Origin: a virus
DNA: 43,817 nucleotides
IMG/VR virus record: IMGVR_UViG_3300045988_058353
Reading direction: 5' to 3' (one strand)
Part shown: positions 34,747 through 43,128 of the stretch, in pieces
Position numbering within the stretch: position 1 is the stretch's first letter
Layout of the letters: the number at the start of each line of letters is the position of its first letter
Notes under the pieces: model-generated
What the model was told of the DNA's origin: nothing
Database searches by the model: none
Seen by the model: the letters and a program-made list of their open reading frames with translations, nothing else
Position numbers and translations under genes: made by a program

Positions 34747-34845
34747 TTACTTGTTAAAGTAACGTGAAATGATTACATGAGCAATAACATTCACGGCAAT
34801 GGGTAGAACTACTTGACCCATCACAAAGGAAATAACTTCCTTCAA
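34747..34845 (-). CDS. Fst/Ldr-like type I toxin candidate (32 aa from TTG; alternative starts GTG 34824 or ATG 34821). Not in the ORF track.
   Basis: (M)KEVISFVMGQVVLPIAVNVIAHVIISRYFNK compares with remembered pAD1 Fst MKDLMSLVIAPIFVGLVLEMISRVL.... It has its own promoter and terminator and runs opposite to all neighbours. Confidence 0.5.
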   Translation of the reverse strand: MKEVISFVMGQVVLPIAVNVIAHVIISRYFNK

Positions 34846-34907
34846 AATTTAGCATCAACCTTTCTTAGTTATTTCCGAGCCGTTTAAGAAATCGGATGCT
34901 ATTACTT

Positions 34908-34936
34908 ATTGTATCATTTTGCTTGCTTATTATCAA
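34908..34936 (-). promoter_or_regulatory. sigma70 promoter for the minus-strand peptide transcript
   Basis: On the minus strand: TTGATA (34936-34931), 17 nt, TACAAT (34913-34908). Confidence 0.6.
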
Positions 34937-34957
34937 ATATATTAAGGAGTGATAAAC

Positions 34958-36634
34958 ATAGAAAAAGCATTGAAAACTTCCGTTACCTACAACGGAACAG
35001 GCTCTCAGACTCGCTTTGATTTTCCGTTTGATTACCTGCGGAAATCCTTTGTGCGTGTTTCTGTTAACAATGAGCCAATGGATAACACAGCCGACTACAC
35101 CATTGATAGTCGCACTGTGGTGTTCCATGATGCTCCACCGAGTAACAGTATCATTCGCATTTATCGTGAAACTGATACTTCCAGATTGGTAGTGTGGGCA
35201 GACGCAAGTGTTCTGAAAGCTTCCGATATGACCATCCAACAGGTGCAGCAACTTCACATCTTAGAGGAAGCAAATGATTGGACTAAAACCAACTCTATTG
35301 TTCTCAATGACGAAGGTAACGCATGGCAAGGACGCAACTATCGTGTGTCTAATGTGTCTGACCCGACAGAAGCACAGGATGTTGTAACCAAGAATTACTT
35401 AGAGAACACCGAGGATTCCTTTGTTCAGCGCATGAACGCTATCAAGACACAGACTGAACAATTTGCTAACACAGCAGGTAACAGTAAAGATAGTGCTTAT
35501 AAGAGTGCACAGACTGCTAGTACGTCTGCTGCAAGTGCTGCGGAAAGCGCAAGGTTAGCCGAAGGTTACAAGAATGTAGCTGAAACCGCTAAGAGTGATG
35601 CATCCCTTTATGCTGCCAACGCTAAGACCTCTGCTGATAATGCAGGTGCTAGTAAAGAAGCAGCTCAATCTGCTGCTACTACTGCTAGTAACTTTGCGTC
35701 TGATGCAAGAAACAGCGCAGGTGAAGCAAAGACCTACAAGGACAATGCAAAAACCTACATGGACAATGCTAAGAATTATAGTGAAAATGTCAATGTATTC
35801 ATTCCTAGTGTGTCCTCTGAGGGTGTTTTAAGTTGGACAAATAAAGCTGGATTGACTAACCCCAAAAATGTGAATATCAAGGGTGCAAAAGGTGATACAG
35901 GTACTGCTGCGTCTATCACGATTGGCACTGTGAAAACAGGTGCAGCAGGTAGTAATGCAAGTGTTACCAATAGCGGTACTGCTAGTAATGTTGTGCTGAA
36001 CTTTACGTTGCCTAGAGGTAGAGATGGTGCTGATGGTGGTATCACTGTTGATGCTGAATTAAGTGATACAAGCACGAATCCAGTGCAAAATAAAGTCATT
36101 CATGAAACTTTTACTAGTTTTAATGAAAGGCTGCGTAACGGCTTGCTCACTGTAAAAGGGTCTATTCCTACTAAAGTATCTGCTTTGGAGAACGATGTTG
36201 GCTATCTGACACAGCACCAATCGCTTGATGGGTATGCCCAAAAGTCAACAGCTAACACATGGGGAGAACAACAAGCCTTTAAGTATGCGAAGTTGGGATA
36301 CGAAAAATACACTTCTCCTAAGGTAAGTGGTACAGGTGCTGCACCTTCACTATCCGTAGCACATTATATAGCAACAGGGGCATTTACGCTCAACCTTAAT
36401 AAACTTTCGACTAACTTAGAAATTAAGGAAACCTCTGTGTTTACGGCTTACATTGAGTCCTCTGCTGACTACCCTCTGACCATAACTAATGCAGGAACAC
36501 TTAAATACATTGGCAGTGCTAGTGATGTAGCTATTACAAGTGCAGGTCTGTTGTTAAACATTTTGATAATGAAGGATGCTGAGGGAAATGTGACTAGTAT
36601 CGTACAAGCATCTAAGTTAGAAGGTGGTGCATAA
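34958..36634 (+). CDS. Tail fiber, gp17-like N-terminal adaptor with divergent distal part; start probably ATA 34958
   Basis: ALKTSVTYNGTGSQTRFDFPFDYLRKSFVRV...SRLVVWADASVLKASDMTIQQVQQLHILEEAND parallels T7 gp17 VIKTVLTYQLDGSNRDFNIPFEYLARKFVVV...AQIQTMHVAEEARD. Also has Ala/Ser-rich coiled repeats and a GAKGDTG segment. Confidence 0.85.
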   Translation: MEKALKTSVTYNGTGSQTRFDFPFDYLRKSFVRVSVNNEPMDNTADYTIDSRTVVFHDAPPSNSIIRIYRETDTSRLVVWADASVLKASDMTIQQVQQLHILEEANDWTKTNSIVLNDEGNAWQGRNYRVSNVSDPTEAQDVVTKNYLENTEDSFVQRMNAIKTQTEQFANTAGNSKDSAYKSAQTASTSAASAAESARLAEGYKNVAETAKSDASLYAANAKTSADNAGASKEAAQSAATTASNFASDARNSAGEAKTYKDNAKTYMDNAKNYSENVNVFIPSVSSEGVLSWTNKAGLTNPKNVNIKGAKGDTGTAASITIGTVKTGAAGSNASVTNSGTASNVVLNFTLPRGRDGADGGITVDAELSDTSTNPVQNKVIHETFTSFNERLRNGLLTVKGSIPTKVSALENDVGYLTQHQSLDGYAQKSTANTWGEQQAFKYAKLGYEKYTSPKVSGTGAAPSLSVAHYIATGAFTLNLNKLSTNLEIKETSVFTAYIESSADYPLTITNAGTLKYIGSASDVAITSAGLLLNILIMKDAEGNVTSIVQASKLEGGA

Positions 36635-37035
36635 TGGGACTTAATAGAATGATGATGAAAAATGGTGTAAAGGTTGAAGATGGTAGCAAGAATTGGAGTT
36701 ATAATGAAGCAAATAATAAAACAATAGCTTTTACTGTTCCACCGGGGATTAAAAGAATCAAAGTAACATCATCTATTGATGGGGGTAGGGGTGACCCCGA
36801 TTTATCCAACTATGCTAACATAAAGAATACATCAACCAATAAAGTTTGGGGTGAGGGTTGGTTTTATACTACCTCTGAGGGTGAAGTCGACGATGCCGCA
36901 GATATTGATTCCATTGTAGGCGTAACACCCAATAAAACTTATAGATTGCTGTTTAATTGCTATTATACAAGTGGTGTAACTTTTTCATGGGGTAAAGCAA
37001 TAAATGCGATGACACCCACAGTTGAAGATTATTAA
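36634..37035 (+). CDS. Hypothetical protein downstream of the tail fiber
   Basis: ATAATG overlap with the fiber stop. No family recognised. Confidence 0.5.
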   Translation: MGLNRMMMKNGVKVEDGSKNWSYNEANNKTIAFTVPPGIKRIKVTSSIDGGRGDPDLSNYANIKNTSTNKVWGEGWFYTTSEGEVDDAADIDSIVGVTPNKTYRLLFNCYYTSGVTFSWGKAINAMTPTVEDY

Positions 37036-37051
37036 GTAAAGGAGAAACAAA

Positions 37052-37552
37052 ATGCAAACAAAATATAAATACAAAGACAAAACATATACTCACATCTACC
37101 CTTTGTCAGAAGCCTTAGGGCAGGAAGGTATCTTTATCCCTCTCTCCATCTCCGAAGAAACCCTTTCCAAGTTGGGGGTCGAAGTGACGCACGAGGAAGA
37201 GCCGATTGAGTATTTTAAAAATCGCAGAATCGAAATTTTAAAGATGCAACGTGATAAAGCAGAGGTTGAGCCTATTGAATACAAGGGTAATCTCTATGAT
37301 TACGATGAGAAAGCAAGAGATAGAATCAATGCAGCTATCATTGCTTTAAGTCTGCAAGAAACCACGGCAACAATCGGTTGGACTACGGCTGACAACAAGG
37401 ACGTAGCAGTAACCGCTGATGACCTGCGTATGATTATCGCTAGTGTAGCGATGAGAAGCGATAAGTTACATAGTGCTTATCGTGCTGCCAAGGAAAAGGT
37501 TCTGAAAGCTACCACTGTTGCAGAAGTTGAATCGGTGAACTTAAATGAATAA
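37052..37552 (+). CDS. DUF4376-like tail-fiber assembly/chaperone-type protein
   Basis: IEYKGNLYDYDEKARDRINAAI...IGWTTADNKDVAVTADDLRMI...AEVESV fits the remembered DUF4376 pattern. Confidence 0.45.
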   Translation: MQTKYKYKDKTYTHIYPLSEALGQEGIFIPLSISEETLSKLGVEVTHEEEPIEYFKNRRIEILKMQRDKAEVEPIEYKGNLYDYDEKARDRINAAIIALSLQETTATIGWTTADNKDVAVTADDLRMIIASVAMRSDKLHSAYRAAKEKVLKATTVAEVESVNLNE

Positions 37553-37733
37553 CAACACTGAAATACATGATGAAATCTTACGGAACACCCCACCGATAGG
37601 CGTATCAACCCTAACAGTGCTGGGTGTTCCTCTGTCTGATATGGTCTACGTGATGACCATTATTTATATCTTAGTGCAGATTTTCTGTACTATTTATAGA
37701 ACCTATAAGTCGACAAAGGAGAGTGATGTTTAA
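37545..37733 (+). CDS. Holin candidate (gp17.5 position)
   Basis: 62 aa with a hydrophobic core (GVSTLTVLGVPLSDMVYVMTIIYILVQIFCTIY) and a charged C-terminus. It lies immediately upstream of the endolysin. Confidence 0.55.
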   Translation: MNNNTEIHDEILRNTPPIGVSTLTVLGVPLSDMVYVMTIIYILVQIFCTIYRTYKSTKESDV

Positions 37734-37736
37734 CAC

Positions 37737-38093
37737 ATGAAATTATCAGAACACTTTGATTCCACCGAGTTCGCCTGTAAGTGTGGCTGTGGTGGTATGA
37801 ATGATGGCGCAGGAGTTGACCCACGCTTAGTAGAGGTGTTAGAAGGTATGCGAAAGATTCTGGGTGTACCTTTGGAGCTGTCCTGTGCTTACCGCTGTCC
37901 TACCCATAATGCAGAAGTGGGTGGCGTGTGGAACTCTCAGCACGTATATGGTAAAGCTGCTGATGTTCAGAAACCTGCTGGCGTATCTTTACAGCGTCTT
38001 TATGATGCTGCCGAAGCTGCCGGAGCCGATGGTATTGGTATTTACGATTGGGGAGTACACGTTGACGTAAGGGGGTATGCAGCAAGATGGTAA
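37737..38093 (+). CDS. Peptidase M15-family endolysin (zinc D-Ala-D-Ala / L-Ala-D-Glu peptidase type)
   Basis: Motifs SQHVYGKAADV (SxHxxGxAxD) and GVHVDVR. Confidence 0.8.
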   Translation: MKLSEHFDSTEFACKCGCGGMNDGAGVDPRLVEVLEGMRKILGVPLELSCAYRCPTHNAEVGGVWNSQHVYGKAADVQKPAGVSLQRLYDAAEAAGADGIGIYDWGVHVDVRGYAARW

Positions 38094-38332
38094 AGGTTAA
38101 GGAAGAACTTATTGATAAGATTGCAGAGCTTGAAGTCCAGGCTCTGCTGACTGCCTTGCAAGACCCAACACTAAAGACTGACCCTTCTATTCTTGCTCGT
38201 GCCAGGAGTTTTCTGAAAGATAACAAACTGGTTACCACCCCGGAAACCCCAGGTGTCAAACAGATTCAGAAAGCTACTACCATTGATATTCCGGACTTTA
38301 CGGAAGAAAGTGACAGTGTTGTCTTACAGTGA
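38087..38332 (+). CDS. Small terminase subunit, gp18-like
   Basis: 81 aa, helical, directly upstream of and overlapping the large terminase gene. Confidence 0.55.
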   Translation: MVKVKEELIDKIAELEVQALLTALQDPTLKTDPSILARARSFLKDNKLVTTPETPGVKQIQKATTIDIPDFTEESDSVVLQ

Positions 38333-40086
38333 TACACTGGGCAGATGAACAAGTACAACGTGCGAAGGACGATTTCAGAGTATTCCTGTTCATGGTATGG
38401 AAAGAGATAGGCTTGCCTAATCCTACACCTATCCAAATTGATATAGCGAATACCTTGCAGCACCCACCGAATGACCGCTTCATTTTGGAGGGTTTCCGTG
38501 GTGTTGCAAAGTCCTTCATCACCTGTGCTTTTGCGGTATGGGTTCTTTGGAATGACCCTCAGAAGAAAGTACTGATTGTGTCCGCTGGTAAAGACAGAGC
38601 GGATGCGAACGCTATCTTCATTAAAAGAATTATTTTTACACTATCTTTCCTGGCTCATTTGAAACCTAAAAAAGAACAGAGAGATACACAGAATATCTTT
38701 GACGTAGCACCTGCTTCTCCAGATATTTCCCCGTCTGTAAAATCCGTAGGTATCTATGGTCAGATTACTGGTTCTCGTGCTGATGTGTTGATTGCGGATG
38801 ACGTTGAGATTCCTACCAATAGTGGCACACAGGTTCAACGTGATAAGCTGAGTGAAGCAGTACGTGAATTTGATTCTATCATTAAACCTAAAGGTCTTAT
38901 CATTTACTTGGGTACACCTCAGAATGAAATGTCCTTGTATAATGAATTACAGAATCGTGGTTATGATTGTATAATTTACCCTGTGCAATACCCCGAAGAT
39001 GATGCTATCCGTAACTTCTATGGTGACAGACTAGCTAAGGTTATCGCTGATAGGTATGACACAAACCCAACAGCATACGCTGGTTATCCTACTGACCCTC
39101 AACGCTTCAATGAGGAAGAAATTGATAAGCGTAGGCTATCATATGGTAAAGCTGGCTTTGCTCTGCAATTCTTGCTTAACACAAACCTTAGTGATGCTGA
39201 AAAATATCCGTTGAAGGTGGCTGACTTGATTGTCACGAACCTGGACATTAAGGAAAGCTCTCTCACGTGGTCTTGGGCAAATGGTAACGGACAGCGACAT
39301 GGTGATTTGCCTTGTGTGGCTCTTAAAGGTGACTACTTCTATGCACCTCTTGGACGCTCTGAGGAAACCGCTAAGTATCAGACTGTCATTATGTTCATTG
39401 ACCCCTCTGGACGTGGTAAGGACGAAACCGCATATGCTATTGTAGCTTTTCTTAATGGCTATTTGTTCCTGCTGGATGTGGATGGTTTTAGGGAAGGTTA
39501 TGCGGAAACAGTACTGCGTACCATTGCGACACGTGCGAAAGCCTTTGGTGTTAACAAGATTGTTGTTGAACCTAACTTTGGCGGTGGTATGTTTGCACAG
39601 TTGCTTAAACCCTTTGTAAGCACGATATATCCTGGTTGTGCTATTGAAGATGGCAAAGCTGCTACTATTCAAAAGGAAGCACGTATTATAGATACTCTTG
39701 AACCTGTGATGATGCGACACAAGCTAATTGTGAATCAGCAGGTGATTGAGAATGACTACAAGGTGTATGAAAAAGACCCTCAGTACAGTCTGTTCTATCA
39801 GATGACACGCCTTTCTCGTGAGCGTGGTGCATTGGCGCATGATGATAGACTGGATGCTGTTGAGGGTGCTGTTGCATATTTCCTTGATATGCTCAGTATG
39901 TCAGAGCAACAAGGGTTTGATGAATTGTTGGAAGAGCAGTTAGAAAAATGGTTAGACCCGGATTATGGAGTTTTGTATAAGGATGAATCATGCATACAAG
40001 ATAAGTTTATAGCTAACAAAAAGAAGGACAATTCCTTCAAAAATTGCAATATACTAAACAAATACTATGCAGTTAGAGAAGGCTAA
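38329..40086 (+). CDS. Large terminase subunit, gp19-like
   Basis: DDFRVFLFMVWKEIGLPNPTPIQIDIA...FILEGFRGVAKSFITCAFAVWVLWNDPQKKVLIVSAGKDRADANAIFIK...SPSVKSVGIYGQITGSRADVLIADDVEIP is closely co-linear with T7 gp19. GTG start is coupled to the gp18 stop (GTGA). Confidence 0.95.
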   Translation: MIHWADEQVQRAKDDFRVFLFMVWKEIGLPNPTPIQIDIANTLQHPPNDRFILEGFRGVAKSFITCAFAVWVLWNDPQKKVLIVSAGKDRADANAIFIKRIIFTLSFLAHLKPKKEQRDTQNIFDVAPASPDISPSVKSVGIYGQITGSRADVLIADDVEIPTNSGTQVQRDKLSEAVREFDSIIKPKGLIIYLGTPQNEMSLYNELQNRGYDCIIYPVQYPEDDAIRNFYGDRLAKVIADRYDTNPTAYAGYPTDPQRFNEEEIDKRRLSYGKAGFALQFLLNTNLSDAEKYPLKVADLIVTNLDIKESSLTWSWANGNGQRHGDLPCVALKGDYFYAPLGRSEETAKYQTVIMFIDPSGRGKDETAYAIVAFLNGYLFLLDVDGFREGYAETVLRTIATRAKAFGVNKIVVEPNFGGGMFAQLLKPFVSTIYPGCAIEDGKAATIQKEARIIDTLEPVMMRHKLIVNQQVIENDYKVYEKDPQYSLFYQMTRLSRERGALAHDDRLDAVEGAVAYFLDMLSMSEQQGFDELLEEQLEKWLDPDYGVLYKDESCIQDKFIANKKKDNSFKNCNILNKYYAVREG

Positions 40087-40103
40087 CTCAAATTCTGAAA
40101 GCC

Positions 40104-40127
40104 TTACTGACACACAAATATACAATC
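40104..40127 (+). promoter_or_regulatory. Degenerate phage-promoter copy
   Basis: TTACTGACACACAAATATACAATC. Confidence 0.35.
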
Positions 40128-40130
40128 TCC

Positions 40131-40156
40131 TTACTGACACACGTATAGAAGAAAGC
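40131..40156 (+). promoter_or_regulatory. Phage-RNAP promoter (phi-OR-like position after the terminase gene)
   Basis: TTACTGACACACGTATAGAAGAAAGC. Confidence 0.7.
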
Positions 40157-40341
40157 TCCAGAAGGTTATATAATGTTACTTCATGTTCCCTCGGAGAGAT
40201 GATTCATGAACGTAGTTATTATTATCACTTTCATGTTACCTCTGAAATCTTATATTTAATTATAATTATTATAACCATAGATACATTCAGAAAGACATAC
40301 AGAAAGCTTATTCTTCTTATGATTATTACTTAGACCTCGGT

Positions 40342-40383
40342 AAGATGTATACCCTAGTTCCTCCCTCCTAAGGTATACTTCTT
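40342..40383 (+). other. Hairpin in an AT-rich non-coding stretch
   Basis: AAGATGTATACC pairs with GGTATACTTCTT (one mismatch). The 18-nt loop is CTAGTTCCTCCCTCCTAA. There is no clean U-tract. Confidence 0.35.
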
Positions 40384-40431
40384 ACTGTTATTTATAAATA
40401 GAATTATTAAAGAAAGAGAAGGTGATTAATA

Positions 40432-40617
40432 ATGGAAGATGCGAAGGTAAAGTTACGAACCTTCTATCTCACTTACCAGAAGTACATCAGCCTTACCTTT
40501 AGTTTAATCACTGTGGCTTTCTTTTATGCCCTTCACCGAGGGGACTTAAAGTACCTCGTTGAAATACTAAAGGTAGCACAAACCCTAATCCAAATCCTGT
40601 GTGGTACTGCTGCATGA
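40432..40617 (+). CDS. Small membrane protein
   Basis: AGAAGGTG SD. One TMD (ISLTFSLITVAFFYAL). Confidence 0.4.
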   Translation: MEDAKVKLRTFYLTYQKYISLTFSLITVAFFYALHRGDLKYLVEILKVAQTLIQILCGTAA

Positions 40618-41099
40618 TAAACAAAAAGATAACAGTGAGTCTACTAGCCGGTGTGTTGATTGGCTGTGTTTTAGCCAACACATACATCTCGGTCAGACGT
40701 GCAGGGAACACAGAAGTCCACACGCAGGAAACATCTAAAATCACCACCGAATCCACTCTCAAAGTGACCACTAAGACCACCAAGAGTGACCCGGATTTGG
40801 TTGTGTCTAATAGGTACGTGGCGAAGATTGATGGTAAGTATGTGGAAGCTCCCTTAAAGACCACAAAAGACACATCCACTGCTGTTGTGTCTACCACTAT
40901 CGACGTGACACCACTTGTTAAACAGATGACCCCTAAATGGGAAGCAGGTATTGGTGTAGGATGTGTTGATAAAAAATTACTGCCCTGTGTTAGCTTGCAG
41001 AGAAACTACAAGCAAGACAAGGCAGTCGAAGCAGTAATACAGATGGATACACAAGGACACTTCAAAGGTGCTAGTGTCATCCATAAGTGGCGATTTTAA
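40614..41099 (+). CDS. Putative lipoprotein
   Basis: ATGA overlap with the previous gene. Signal-like MINKKITVSLLAGVLIGC with a lipobox-like LIGC. The mature part is Thr/Lys-rich and ends ...HKWRF. Confidence 0.45.
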   Translation: MINKKITVSLLAGVLIGCVLANTYISVRRAGNTEVHTQETSKITTESTLKVTTKTTKSDPDLVVSNRYVAKIDGKYVEAPLKTTKDTSTAVVSTTIDVTPLVKQMTPKWEAGIGVGCVDKKLLPCVSLQRNYKQDKAVEAVIQMDTQGHFKGASVIHKWRF

Positions 41100-41140
41100 A
41101 TCGTTGTGTGATTTTAATTTGTAAGGATGTGTGATAAAAT

Positions 41141-41332
41141 ATGAAGGAAAATGATTGTGTTCCTTCTTTCTACACACCGAAGGAAGTGGCTGCCATTCTG
41201 AGATTCAAGAAGGTAGACCAGGTGTATGCCCTGTGTCACAGCAGGGTCATACCCTCTTTCCAACTCGGTAGGAACTGGCTGATACCTAAAGACAGATTCC
41301 ATGTGTGGTTAGAAGAACAGATAAATGGTTAA
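41141..41332 (+). CDS. xis: Excisionase-family (MerR-like HTH) DNA-binding protein
   Basis: YTPKEVAAILRFKKVDQVYALCHSRVIPSFQLGRNWLIPKDRFHVWL fits the excisionase/HTH_17 pattern. It is adjacent to int. Confidence 0.65.
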   Translation: MKENDCVPSFYTPKEVAAILRFKKVDQVYALCHSRVIPSFQLGRNWLIPKDRFHVWLEEQING

Positions 41333-41593
41333 CCCTTTGTCACTTGATAATACCCCTTCTATTGTGACAAAGATTGTGACACGATTTGCGGAAACCGCAT
41401 ATTAACGCTATTGTAGGAATATTAAATATAACAAACCGTTATAATGGTGTGTTTACCTGTTGTTACCTGTAATTCCCTCTAAACCCTTGATTTCAAGCCT
41501 TTTGTACCACTTTTTAAGGCTTGTGTTTACACATCTTTATCCTTCCTTTACTGTTACTTTGTGACTACATAGTGACAGCTTTTGTGACACTTT
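41333..41593. other. attP candidate: repeat-rich non-coding region between xis and int
   Basis: Six (T/A)GTGAC sites are present: 41336-41343 (inverted), 41361-41372, 41373-41383, 41558-41565, 41568-41577 and 41581-41590. There is also a tandem (T/G)TTACCTGT at 41451-41470. Confidence 0.5.
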
Positions 41594-42775
41594 TTACTTG
41601 GTGCAGTCCATGAGATTAGCAGCTAATTGGTGTTGTTTCTTGATGGTGTGTGCATACACATCAAAGGTGATAGACACACTTGAATGACCTAAGCGTTCAC
41701 TAACAGTTTTGTAATCGTTACCGGATAGTTCAATAAGTTTCGTTGCATTTGTGTGCCTTAGGGAGTGAAACGTGAAGTGCCTGGTAATACCTGCTTTTAA
41801 TAAATATCTTTGAAAACACGCTCGAAGCGTACCTCCTGCTAAAATTTTAGTGCCATTGAAATCCTTAGAGAATACATAATCATCCTTGTCTGAGAACTGG
41901 AAGGATGCTTTGTGTTTTGTAAGAATTTCAATCAGACCCTCTGAGATAACTATAAGGCGATTAGAAGATGCTGTTTTTGGTGTTGAATCCACAATACCTT
42001 TCGACAGGGTGACACGTTGATTATCTACATGAATAGTGTGATTCTTAAAATCAACACGTGACCACCTTAACCCTAAGATTTCACCGATACGCATTCCTGT
42101 TTCATATGCTATCATAAAGGCAACATAGAGTAGAGATGCAGCATCTGGTTTGTGTTGTGGTTTTTCTTCTAATCTCGTATCATAAGCAGCTTTCAGAACC
42201 CCTCTGAGAGCTTCAAATTCGCCTTCTGAGAGGACTTCTATGTCACTCTTAGGGAACTTAGTAGCCACCCATAAACAGCCTTCTGTGGGACTTGTAGAAA
42301 TGATTTTGAGCACTCTGATAGCATAGTTGAATACAATACGTATCAGAGTTAGATAGGCTCTTATAGAGCGTTCTGCTTTGTGTTGTTTACGCATTGCTGT
42401 GATGAACTCATCAATATCCTTTGTGGTAATCTTTGAGATGGTCTTTGTGGCAAGATAAGGAGCAATTACCTTTAGGTGATTTTGGTAGTGGTAGAGTGTT
42501 GTTTCCTTGACATTGGAGCGTGACTGCTTGTACTCAATGTAGTTCTTAGCAAGTGCTTCAAAGGTCATGTTCATACTTACTGCTACATCTGCTTCATCAC
42601 GGAGCTTCATGAAACCACGAAGTAACACACGTGCTTCTGTAAGGCTATCTGCTGTTCCAGAGAGCTGCTTGCGTTTACCATTGACGTAGCCACAGTCGAG
42701 CCTTATGCGATACTTATTGTTATCCAGTTTGGTTATAGAACCTTCACCTTTTGTTCTTCTACGTTTTGTTGACAT
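41594..42775 (-). CDS. int: Tyrosine recombinase / phage integrase
   Basis: AGGAGG SD. C-terminal catalytic region ...GMRIGEILGLRW...HSLRHTNATKLI...LGHSSVSITFDVYAH. Confidence 0.95.
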   Translation of the reverse strand: MSTKRRRTKGEGSITKLDNNKYRIRLDCGYVNGKRKQLSGTADSLTEARVLLRGFMKLRDEADVAVSMNMTFEALAKNYIEYKQSRSNVKETTLYHYQNHLKVIAPYLATKTISKITTKDIDEFITAMRKQHKAERSIRAYLTLIRIVFNYAIRVLKIISTSPTEGCLWVATKFPKSDIEVLSEGEFEALRGVLKAAYDTRLEEKPQHKPDAASLLYVAFMIAYETGMRIGEILGLRWSRVDFKNHTIHVDNQRVTLSKGIVDSTPKTASSNRLIVISEGLIEILTKHKASFQFSDKDDYVFSKDFNGTKILAGGTLRACFQRYLLKAGITRHFTFHSLRHTNATKLIELSGNDYKTVSERLGHSSVSITFDVYAHTIKKQHQLAANLMDCTK

Positions 42776-43020
42776 TGTTGTGTACCTCCTAAATTGAAAA
42801 ATTGTAGAAAATTTTGTGAAGGGGTATTTAAATAGATTTTCGTGCTATTTTCCCCCATTAGTGTGTCATTTTGCCATCATCAGTCACCATCAGCTAACAT
42901 CAACAAAAGTTAGCAGTGTGAAATACATCAGCAAGGCAAGCGGAAACACTAGGGAAAACAACTGTTACAATGTGTTATAATGTGTTATTATCTTCATTAT
43001 AGCCGGGAAACTAGCTGCTG

Positions 43021-43063
43021 CATAGTGATTGACTGTTTGATGTCACTATGTAAGACACTATGA
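43021..43063. repeat. CATAGTGA inverted and direct repeats upstream of int
   Basis: CATAGTGA (43021-43028), TCACTATG (43043-43050) and CACTATGA (43056-43063). The same word, CATAGTGACA, occurs at 41568. Confidence 0.6.
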
Positions 43064-43128
43064 TAACACGTTCGGTCATAATAAAAGTTCACAAATTGTT
43101 TACATTCTGTTACCTGGTTGCTTACTTA

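Noticed and set aside
40067-40333. 88-aa + strand ORF after the terminase gene, and the analogous ORF at 5266-5511
   Set aside because: The reading frame is created by the promoter words (peptide TDTRIEE) and AT-rich spacer. It has no SD and a low-complexity Ile-rich tail.
40160-40431. Physical genome ends or direct terminal repeat in the AT-rich stretch after the phi-OR-like promoters
   Set aside because: The position is plausible by analogy with T7, but nothing in a single circularised sequence marks the termini. The only duplicated segment (1-55) looks like an assembly overlap.
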